DNA of 64,000 nt from Antedon mediterranea (taxonomy: Eukaryota; Animalia; Echinodermata), in assembly GCF_964355755.1 (NCBI RefSeq), contig NC_092677.1:11554101-11618100 (forward strand), given 5' to 3'. The stretch's first letter is position 1. Every line of letters starts with the position of its first letter. Below the pieces are notes generated by a model, which worked only from the letters and a program-made list of their open reading frames with translations, made no database searches and was not told the origin of the DNA. Of this stretch, positions 11,301-23,300 are shown piece by piece. A program made the translations under genes and the position numbers.

Positions 11301-14300
11301 TCTCTGTGGATGGTCTTATACCCCCTTCTTTGTCTGTGGATGGTCTTATACCCCCTTCTTTGTCTGTAGATGGTCTTATAATCCCTTCTTTGTGTGTGGA
11401 TGGTCTTACACCCCCTTCTTTGTCTGTGGGTGGTCTTACATCCCCTTCTTTGTCTGTGGATTGTCCGACACCCCCTTCTTTGTCTGTGGATGGTCCTACA
11501 TCACCTTCTTTGTCTGTGGATGGTCTTATACCCCCTTCTTTGTCTGTAAGTGGTCCTATACCCTTTCTTTGTCAGTGGGTGGTCTTACACCCCCTTCTTT
11601 GTCTGTGGACGGTCCTACACCCCCTTCTTTATCTGTGGACGGTCTTACACCCCTTTCTTTGTCTGTGGACGGTCTTACACCCCTTCTTTGCCTGTGGACG
11701 GTCTTATATCCCCTTCCTTGTCTGTTGATGGTATTACACCCCTTTCTTTGTCTGTTGATGGTCTTACACCCCTTTTGTGTGTGTGGATGGTCTTACACCC
11801 CTTTCTTTGTGTGTGGATGGTCTTACACCCCTTCTTTGTCTGTGGATGGTCTTACACCCCCTTCTTTCTCTGTGGATGGCCTTACACCCCTTTCTTTCTC
11901 TGTGGATGGCCTTACACCCCTTTCTTTGTCTGTGGACGGTCCTACACCCCTTTCTTCTTTGTCTGTGGATGGTCTTACACCTCCTTCTTTGTCTGTGGAT
12001 GGTCCTTACACCCCCTTCTTTGTCTGTAGATGGCCTTATACCCCTTTCTTTGTCTGTGGATAGTCTTACACCCCCTGCTTTGTCTGTGAATGGTCTTACA
12101 CCCTTCTTTGTCTGTGGATAGTCTTATACCCCCTTCTTTGTCTGTGGATGGTCTTATACCCCCCTTCTTTTTCTGTGATGGTCTTATACCCCCTTTTTTG
12201 TCTGTGGATGGTCTTACATCCCCTTCTTTGTCTGGACCCACTACTTTGATTGATTAAATCAGACATTGTTTCTTGTATGATTAGGAGACCAAGACCTTGA
12301 AAGTGAAAGTCCACAAGTGGATGCCTAAAAAGGTCTTGTACAGAACAGTATATTGTAGGTCCATGTCACTAATTTGAGAATTACTTGAATAATTATATTG
12401 AAATGTCTTTTACGAATTGATTTGGTTCGGATTTTGCTAAAAAATCAATGAGTAGAGAAAATCGAGGAAAAGGATTCAGATGGTTTACAGCAAAGGCCCA
12501 TTACCATAAAAATGGAGTACATTTTTTTAGATGCAACGAAAATGAACAAGAATTATCTGAGTTTCTGACTAATGAAAGTAGGTCTACTGCACAAATGCAG
12601 GATAAGTTTGTAGTAAGTACTTTGAAAGACGGTATTCTCTTAACTCATGAAAATGAAAACTTTCCGAACTTGTCTCATATGCAACATCAAAGAGGCCAAC
12701 GAAAGAATGCTACTTTACATCAAAAATATTTCCAAATGGCATCTAACAATTCAATTCAACTTTTATTTCAGACAATTGTCCATATGGTATAATACAGTGC
12801 AAAAAAAAAAAAGATGATGGAGAGAGGACCAAAACTTTTATCTAACGATTGACACATCACAGTTTAGCAAACAAGTCGGCATAGATGAGCTCAGTGATTG
12901 CTGTTTCTCAGTGATCTGTCATACTTTACGCCTATCCTATCACATCAAAAGTCAAAAATTCAGAATAATAATTCCTGGTCATTTTTGCAGTGTCAGTTAT
13001 TTCGTTAAAAAAAATTAGGTGCATTTATACCAATGTAAACCACATACAGTATGTTCACATATTATATATGTCAAAGGTTATAAATTGTATTTCCAGTCAT
13101 TTTATGTGAAAATGTTTCATTACTACAAATATAAATGTCTCTATTCTGAACAAAATGACACCAAAATCGATTGAAAATGATCAGTAGTTACTGAGATATA
13201 CAGATAAGAGGTCAAAGGTCAAACTGGGAGAAACGTCATTTCCGGTCATTTTTTCACGAAACTTTTTATTAGAGCAAATAGAAATATGTGGTTTGTGAAC
13301 AATTTAACACCAGAATCAAGTCTCTACTGTTTATAGTTCCCAAGATATGAACACTTTTTGTTTTTATGGTGGCCATTTTGAAATCAAGATGGCCGCCATA
13401 CCGGACGTTGGACACTTGGCACCCCCCGATATTTTTAATTTATATACATCAAAGAAACTTTGTGGCAAGTTTCATGCTTTGGTAATAAAGTGCACAACTT
13501 GGCTATTTTTATGGCACTAACTGCTCTACTATAAAGGGGAGGTGGGGAGGGAGAGACTGTTCTCTATTATTATTTATTATTGTTCTTTATTATCCACGAA
13601 ATTTAACAACATTGGTAAACACATCATGTGTTTCTAGAATTAAAGTAAAGCTAAGAATGTCTTTACATTTCCATCTATTAATTTTTCGAAATCAAGTGTG
13701 TTTTTTACTTACGTCGTCCTTCGCCCTGTGGTATATCTACACAATAGTGTTTGATATCCAAAGCACAGGATTTATGCAGTAAAGGATCAACTTGAATGTC
13801 TGCATGTGCCTCTGTCAATAAACGAACCACTTGCTACAGAAAAAATATATATAAATATTTACAATAAGCTAGAAAATGAAAACAGGACAAGGTGGTGAGG
13901 GGGTAAGGAAAGTAAGACAATTGAAGAAGATTTGGACACCGAATTGGTCTGCAGATGACAAGAAGGCAATTAAGAGGTGGATCCGGCCCTATCATTTTAA
14001 AGGTGAAAACATTTTGTCAAGTTTGCATTCTTTTAAAATTTAATTATTTTTAAAACTTATTTATATGCATTTATTGTACATAGTTTGACATACCATTTTA
14101 CATTTCATATCTATGATTTTGTTATGCTGTAATTTAGTCTTAAGACATTCCTCAATGCGTCCACTGCCTGGATCGTCAAACTCCTCGATACAGAGTTTCT
14201 TGGCAGTTTCCTGGCAAACTTTAGCCAGAAGAGGATCCATTCGGAAATCAAGAGCTGCATCCTTCATGATGGCTGTCATTCGTTCATTACAACTTCTGGT

Positions 14301-17300
14301 CAATTTCTGCAAAGTATAACATTTATTTTAGATAGGGTATGTAACATTTCAAGCAGGCCAGCTGATATATAATAAAATGTTAAACATCTATATCAAAAAA
14401 GAAAATCTCGTCAGAATTTAGAATATATTAATTCTCATTCAAAAGAAATAAATGTTGATTTGACTTGACTAAATTAATTGCTGGGTGATATGTACTGTGG
14501 TGCAAGATTTTACAATATCTGGCCATTTTAAAATTCAAGTCAATTCAATTTATTTCTGATTTCACTCATGCATTTACAGACAAAAATGTGTTGTTGCTCA
14601 AAATATGGGTTATTTTTTAATTTGTTGAATGTTTTCTATTTCAATGCAAAATGTAATATGCAAAATGTAATGTGTAAACTATCTGTTGTGAAAATTTCTG
14701 TTAAACAATCAAAAGAAAATTCCTGTCAAGTTGACGCTTATATTTATTTTATTTCTATTGAATAATCTTGGTAATTTCACCAAAACAAATAATAGTATAA
14801 AAAACTGTATTGATTTACTTTGTGAGTGTGCTGGACTTTCAAGCATTCAATAACTTTGCCTTCCATTTCAGTTGGTTTCTCAGTTTCCACAATTTCTTTA
14901 CAAAATTTGGGGATGTCCCTAGAGCATGCCTTGGCCAACATTGGATTTAATCTGTAATCTTGCATCTTAGAGATCTGTCTCTTTGTCAATACTTCTTTAC
15001 ACCTATGACAAGAAATACAATAAATGTGTGTCAGGAAAATCAAATATTAAATGAAACAAAGGTCTAATCTCCTCCTTCCTTAATAAGGAGCTTTAGATTT
15101 GCGATGACAAACCAAGTCAATCGATGTGTCATTGGACGGTGCCTGGACCATCAAACATCAAACTTGTGTCAAGGTGGGTAGCGTCCCAATATTACCACAA
15201 ATGCACAATGAACTAACATGACACGGTTTGGTCATCGGGCGTGGAAAATCTCCCTAAATCTCCTGGATCTGCCCCTGACGTAAGTATATTAAATAATAAT
15301 AATAATAAATTTATTATAAGAAACTGATAGTCCTTACTTTACATCCATAGCTGGGTCATTTTTCCGTTGTTTCAGACATTTGAATATTTCTTGTGGTGAT
15401 GAACCCTGGCAAAATTGCTGAAAAAGCAAAGATTATTTAATACTCTAATTATTTGGATCTATCAAATAAAGTAAATATATGGATGCTGAGAATATTGAAA
15501 AATTAACAACTCAATTTATCCATTGTAAATCATTGAATGCTAGGCCGGGAAGTTAGGCCAATAAAAGAGGCAGTGCTCTAACTTAGACGTGGAGTGGAAC
15601 AGCTATAGATGGTGCACACAAGTTGTTTTCAGAATGCATCAGCCAACAATGTAGCACGACAACAATGTAGCACGACAACAATTCTCAAAATGTTTACAGA
15701 AATCTGAACTTACATTAGAGCGCGTTAATTATCACCATTAGATATCAATTTTTTGTTAGGTAAGGCTAATTTCAAATGATGCGTAATTAACCAATCAAAT
15801 TGCAAGAATACAACCAGGTGTGTTTTAATATAGTGAATCTATTTAAACACCTCTATTTAAACGTCAACTTAAATTATTATTGTTAGGCACTCTGTTCTTT
15901 GTAGTGCGCCATATAAAAACTTGTATAGAATAGAATCTAAAAAGCTAAACAACCAAACAAACCTTGATCATGCGTTTGCACACGTGCATAAAGGTATGAT
16001 CAAATTCTGGGTTGAGGGACTCTTTCTTTTGCTTGTTAAAGATCTTCATGTGGCATTGGTTACTGAGCTTGTTCTGGTGATCTCGTAAACACTCTATAAC
16101 ACGAGCGTTGCCTTCTTTAATTCCGGAACAGTGAGTCTTAATATCACCTGTACAAGCTTTGTTCAGTTCAGGATCTAGTTTGATGTTTTCAGACTAACAA
16201 GAAAGGGAAAAAAGCAACATAAACATGATTTATAATACTCAAATACCCCTTTTATATTGCCAGCAAAACTTTGGAGTTTACAAACACCGAGACACATGCT
16301 AAACAATATGCTGATATTGACAACCCGCTGTTGTCCCATGAAAAAGAAATAGCAACATAATTATGAATTACAAATTCTAGAGTTTACACACATATATATT
16401 TGGTGCTTAAGAGTGTACTACACAATTCCATAATATTTATTTCAGCACTAATATATAGAATGTATAAAGTAACATAAATTAATAAAGTATATATATAGCA
16501 GGTCACTCACTTCCCTGGAATTGATCATTTATTTATACTGGATGACCTCTTCAGTCAAAGACTGGTCTTACAGAGGGCCCAGTTATGACCAGTGGCTGTG
16601 ATGTACTAGTATACCGGGGTTAACCCTTCTTGTCTCATGTGGTTGACTATACTTAACTAATGTACAGTATACTATAGACATGGGCTGTAAACACTATTAG
16701 GTGTCAACTCCTATTAATGAATTTATTCTATGGAATTGACATCTAATATTTACTTGGGTGTGACCTTAATGGATATACCAGCTCTTGGGAGGGGATAAGG
16801 AGGGTCACTGAACTGATAAGTCACTTCCCTTAACTGTTCCTTAAATAGTCATGTATATTAAGTATAATTAACACTTTTCACATACACAATTTGGAAATAA
16901 CTTGAACTGATAGCTAACTTAATCACTTTCTGTGTAAATATAGTACCGAGAATCTAACAATAGTTTATATAGTGCTACATATAAATAAAATATGACATCA
17001 GAAGCCTTGTAAAAATTGCAATAAAATAGAATAATTAATAAAATACCTTTTGAAGTTCCTCAAATTTCAATTGTTTTCTACACTCATCGCTGACTCTATG
17101 TTTTTTTTCGGTTAGAGTATCGTCCCTCACTATTTGACTCAAACAGGATATCACAGCGGCCCTATCATAAATTTAAATTAAAACTTTTAGTACGTGAATA
17201 GTAATACAATATTAAAATCATTAATGTTGACAATTAGAACCTGAATTTCCACATGGGTGCTATGATAAGCCTATAGACAGTATAAGGGTGCTATTCAATT

Positions 17301-20300
17301 TTTTTTCTCGTTTATTTGCTTCGTAAAATTTAATTATGACTGACTGAAATAGAAAAAATTAAAAGGAATTCAAATTGTAAATTCAGAATGAAAGTATTGT
17401 ATTCAAAGCATTCATATTTAAATGTGCAAAATGTTATTTCAATCCATTTTATGATTTAGGGCACACCGTATTTGCGAACTGAGCATTACAGTGTACTTAC
17501 TTTTCTTTAACATTGTAACAGTTGCTAGAAACATCAGAACGACAAGCTTCTTTGAATTTGAAACTAAATTTGTAGTCTTTTAACTCAAGCTAAAATAAAG
17601 AAACAAAATTTAAATAGATAATTAAGACAATAACTAGGTTGTCTTTTTTTTAAATAACAGAAAAAATCAACAAAATTCTATGATTTATTTTTTTGGGAAA
17701 ATTTCAACTTTATTTTGAAAAACACAAAAGGTTAATTGGGTCGTCTTCTAAAGACCAACTCAGACAGAGTCGTACGACGAAGCCATGAAAATCAAACATG
17801 TGTAATGTTTTCCCGACGACCTAAAAACTACGACCGATGCTATCGGCCGTGTCTTGTCGAGATTCAACTCACACAGCACCAACTAGTCAGGCTGCGTCTT
17901 GTCAGGATTCAACTCAGTAAAGTCAAGACTTCGTCAGTCAGGCCTCATTGTATGATTCCGTCTGAGGGGTCATAGGTTAAGTTTATCTTACCAGTTGAAA
18001 GTGTTCAACACCGGCAGCACATTTCTCATCCATCTCATTGTCATTTTTATGTTGAATTAGACAATCCATCAACACTCCTTCACTTAGCTGTTGTTTCAAA
18101 TGCTCCTAAAAAACAAACATTAAGCTCTGTGTACACTATCAAACTAGTTTGTCTGCCCAAATATGGTAGTGATATATTGAAATATGGTAGCGATATGACA
18201 TCATCGTGTCCATATATGGACACATCACATTTTTTTTTGTCACAAAGTTTTATTTATTACTTTATTTAAAATGTATTTAAAAATTTGCAACAGATGCACA
18301 GTTTGTAACAAAGGCAATTAGGCAATTAGTAGCAAATAAAAAATATATTTAATAGAATTGTGATGTTAGCGTTCTAAAGCACTGTCTACACTATAAAACT
18401 TTATGTGACAAAAAAATGTGATGTGCCCATATATGGACATAATGATGTCATAGCACTACCATATTTGAGCATATCACTACCATATTTGGGCACATCAAAC
18501 CTGTTTTTTCAAACTAAATTGATAGTGTAGACAGAGCTTAAAACAAGCTTGCTGCTATTATTGAATGTAAATTTAAATAATTTTTTTAGTAATTAATTTT
18601 TAAAAGTATTGAAACTAATCAACATCACATTTTGGAAGTGTATATTAAAAAAAATGTTTGGTAATTGTTTATAAAAACTCATGCAGTAAGCAGCTTTCCA
18701 AGTTTTGATTTAAAGCCAAAAAGAAAACATTTGAAATAAGATGCTAGTTCCTGGATTAATTTTTTTAAACTAATTTAAATTCTAGAAAGCATAAATTAGA
18801 TTGTTAAGAAAATAAATAGTTTACAGGATTAGAAAACATTAGAATTAGATGATACTATGAAATTAAAATTCTTAACTGCGACATGCACTAAACTTACTTT
18901 GCAATACAAAATGCAAAATAAAAACATTAATTTTATAACAACAATTGTGACATGACATTATAACATGTGTTGTGATTAATTTGAGGTTTTTCTGATTCCT
19001 ACACCTAATATCACTCGGAGTTCGCTTGATGAAACTGCATTTCGTAATTACATCACGTACTGTATCATCAATACCTCGTACGCCAATTTTAAATCATATT
19101 ACAGTAGGTCATGTTCCTGCAGCCATAACAAAATTATCGGTTAATTTTTTAACCAATCAGATAATTAATAAAAAAATAAAGTGCGCATGATCACACATTA
19201 CCAAACAATCCAGTGTCCAATCACAATACAACAATTTGTTCTTCAGGTCAAAGGTTAAACATTATCGCATTAATTTCATAATTATCTGATTTAAATGAGA
19301 TAAATATCTGTTACTTTTGCCAGAGCATAATACCATTTAACTTTATCGGTTAATTATAGTTTCATTTTTGGCTGCGGGAACACGGCCATAGTTAGAATCA
19401 CAAGAAAAAAAACTTATTTTACTATTATTTATGAAATATAAACCAATCAAACTAGAAATTTAGCCAATCTTAATTTACATTTTAAATTGCTATTGTCACC
19501 ATTAGCAATTAAATATTTATGAATTATTATTAACTGTTTAATTAGCTATTTAAAAGAGATTAGCTAACTAATACAGTATACAATTAATTAATTTACCATG
19601 CTGCTAGTGCTACTGATAATTAGTTATAATATAACTATAATATTATCAGTGAAGAGAAATGTAAAACTATATTTATAAAGTGACCAATTAAATTATCTAT
19701 TGTGTCACTTATATAAAAAATAAAAATAAAAAATGGTTCATTTTGAATTATTTTAAACTCACCCTATACTTGGAAGCAGGCTTTTGGTCCTGTACATAAA
19801 AATAACGTATTTGGATTTTGAGGATTTGATTTTAAATGTCGTTTACAAACAGAATGTGGTTAGAAACAATAAATCACCAACTAATTATTTATCAATTCAC
19901 CAAAATAATGTGTTACTGTACTTATTAGTAAATTAGGAGAATAAGAGGTGATTCGCACCTAGACTCTTTGTATCCAAGGATACTGGTTCTACCATCAGAA
20001 CTGTGGTCGGGGAAAGCCTGTGAATATTTTATGCCTATTGGTTGGTCAGTTCATTCAATGAAAAATAATGGTCTAGAACTTTAACAAGTACTAGAAATGT
20101 CAGTGTGGTTATAACCTGTGCCAAGTTGCGATATTCAGACAATAGACTCACTGCAGTGACGCAATACATTGTTATATAGCAAGGATTGTCCTACTGAACC
20201 AGTATAGCAGGTGAATAGGAGAGTGAATAAATAACGTGAGATCGCAGAATAGAGTTGTTAAGCGTTCGAAAATTGTTAAACCTTAGCTAATATATAATAA

Positions 20301-23300
20301 GAAAGGCGAAACAATTGCAGAAAAGAATACCAAAATGTTTAATGTTATGTTACAATTGCTATAAAATCATTCATATACCATATTATAGGCAGATCCTAGA
20401 GGGACTTAGCCTGGCCCAAACTAAATGTTTAAATTATATAGGACATTTGGTTAAGTACAGCACTTCACCATTTTTAAGCCCTGGGCGCACCCTCCCCTTT
20501 TTCTTTTCAGAATCCTGGATACACCACTACATCAATTTACTGTTCAAATGTGTGCTATTATACTAAAAGCAACAGCAACATATTTCACACTTCAATGAAC
20601 ATGTATTCGACAGTGATGAATGAATATGTAAATTCACAATTGTTGTGCAGTATCACTGTACCTAATGTGTTTGTGATAGCTTTGTTCTTTTTAAAAAAAT
20701 GGTTTTACTAATAGAACTTGATTTCATACACATTAAATAAAAACAAAACTATCATTTAGATGTAACAAGTATGAATTTAATATCTATAGTTTAGATGAAC
20801 TATAAATAGTTTTTCCATCCTGTAATTGGCGAGTTTGTGTTTGCTGTTGGATGCGTATAAAATAAAAATAATGCCATGTAGAAGAGAAACTATAGCAAAA
20901 GACACAATTAGAAAAAAAATCTACCACACAAAAACAATTAGTGATGTTACAGAACTGTGCAAAAATTCAGAAGAAATTAGATCAGACAGTTATAAGAGAT
21001 TGGTACATAAATATACAAATTTAAATAATTAAAAGATTAAAAATCGGAAACAGCACCTCTTTCAGTGAGGTCATGTCGAAAGCATGTTAAAGAGACCTTA
21101 ACTAAACTGTACATGATGATGATGTCACAATACCACATGACCATTATGACCTCATTAAACAATAAGGAGTTAATTATATGCTTTTGATGGTTTTTATAAA
21201 CCAGATATAGTTTAAAAGTTATAGATTTTGAGAAATTTATTTAGTTTTATCGAGATGGCAATATAAAGTTTGTTTATATAGGCACTTTTGTTTTTGTTAT
21301 TAGTAATAGTATGGATATAAACCATTCCAAAATAAAAGAAATTAAAAACTAAATAGATTTAATAGCACATATTAAAAGTATATGTGAACATAAGGTGATC
21401 AAGAAAATTATCACAGAAATTAAAATCAACGACTGGATGAAGGTTATATTGAAGGATATATTGTGGTATGGTGAGTCATAATTTTGTACGCTAATTACTT
21501 TTGGCCAGATAAAATAAATGTTTCGTTACTATCACAGTAATATAGAACAAAAAACAATTGTTAAGAAATGATTGTAAACCCCACTTTAGATTGCATTGAC
21601 ATTAATGTTAGATCAAAGGGTTATCGCGAGAAAAATTGGAACTTCTGGCAAGGCTCTCAGTTAGTTAACAGAATAGTGAAAAAAATGTATTCTTTCTATT
21701 AACCTCTGTCTACACTATCAAACTTTATGCGACAACAAAATGTGATGTGCCCATATATGGACATGATGCTGTTGTATTACTACCATATTTGGGAACATTA
21801 CTTTTTGTTGTCACATAAAGTTTGATAGTGTAGATAGAGCTTTATTGAGATCAACCATTATCAAGCAAATTATAGTTAATAGTAGTGAAAATTACAAACA
21901 TTTGCATTTGAGATAAAATAAAGATGGCAATTTGTATAATATGAGACCAGTAATTCATACACGTCATTCCGTTGCCAATACGCGACAGAATTCATCAATT
22001 TTTAATCGATATGAGTGATAGCAAAATACATTTGTTTTATCTGTCCTTCAAAATGCAGCTTAAAAACTCACCTTACAAAACTTGGCCAGCATTGGTGAAC
22101 AAGCTTTCATAAGTATTTTGTTCATTTTAATATCTTCAGATTCCTCGCCAGTGAACCTTCCGACGAGTTCTTTACAAGATTCTTCTAGATTATCAAGGTT
22201 ATCTTGGAGACAAGCCATCTCCTATTATGAAACAAAACAATAATTATATAACAGTTTTACTTTCATTTTGTTGGGATAGGAAATTCATGTAACTTAAACA
22301 AAATATTATTGTTAAATATTAAAGATGTATTGAAATAAATAATTCTTAAAATTTTTTTGTTGAATATACCATTTTAATATCACATAATAGTTATCCACTT
22401 TGACCAAAAACTGGATAGAAAAAAAAATGATTTACCTGAAAAAATGTAATTTAAAGCAAAAATAGTAAAATCGGCTGCCAGTCAATAGATTTTTGGTTTA
22501 TTTTAACCATTTATTTTGTCATTTTATAAGTGAAAACATTTTTCTTAGTGATTAACTTTATTAAAACTGCAAAATGGTCTATTAAAGTCTGATTTTATTA
22601 ATCTTAATTCTTCATGTTTTTGGGGGATAATACATCTTTAAGTAAAATATTACCTCTCCCTTTTCATGTTTATCAGCACAGTATTGTCCAAGATCTCTTC
22701 TACATTCTCTTTCAATGTTAGGATTCAAATGAACACTAATGGCTCGCTGCCGAAGAGCTCGGTGCATCTGAACTTTACATTCACTGGACAGCTACAAAAA
22801 AAAAAAACAATTGTGCTAACAATAAACAAATCGGGGATTTTTTGTGCTATTTAGTTGTGTTCTCTTACAGGAGGAGAAAAAGGCATATGCTGTTTTATCC
22901 AGGTAATCTAGGCATGAAATAGACTCAATTTTTTCCTCACCGAGTTTTCACATGCCCGTGTTGGTTTAACCATTCTAGAAACATAGTCGGAATACCACAA
23001 TTGATGGAAAGTCAGACGCAACCGGCCAGCCCAAGTTGCTTTGTTTGTTAGCACGATAAGTTATTCTGAATTTTTCGTTGTAAATAGTTATATAATTACA
23101 GAACATGCCTATTGCAATTTTTAAAAACCAGTTCATTATTAACTTAACAAAAAAAAAAAAAAAAATTTGTTTTCTTTTAACATGGGCTGAAATATTAACA
23201 TGCGCTCTCTGTGGCAGTATTTTGCCAAGTACTTCACTCAGTTTCTGAGTGCTTTCAGTATTGATTGTTACACTTACAGTTCCGTCAGCAAATTCATTGG

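Larger units (their letters stand above)
9792..13531. mobile_element. Non-autonomous Academ-like DNA transposon with ~520-bp TIRs in the GLG1 intron between exons 20 and 21
   Basis: Termini TAGTAGAGCAGTTA...TAACTGCTCTACTA; TIRs ~9792-10315 and ~13010-13531; TAA target duplication (9789-9791, 13532-13534); internal transposase-like remnant and minisatellite. Confidence 0.8.

Noticed and set aside
10762-12314. Long overlapping ORFs (up to 433 aa) on both strands
   Set aside because: Translations of a 30-bp minisatellite; they switch frame at unit indels and lie inside a transposon in an intron
18890-18995. gtaagt donor with a nearby TGCATG in GLG1 intron 12
   Set aside because: No credible acceptor giving a frame-preserving exon; intronic base composition
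20800-20890. Possible alternative terminal GLG1 exon after a ttttgctatag acceptor
   Set aside because: Supported only by an acceptor; AT-rich peptide; nothing distinguishes it from chance
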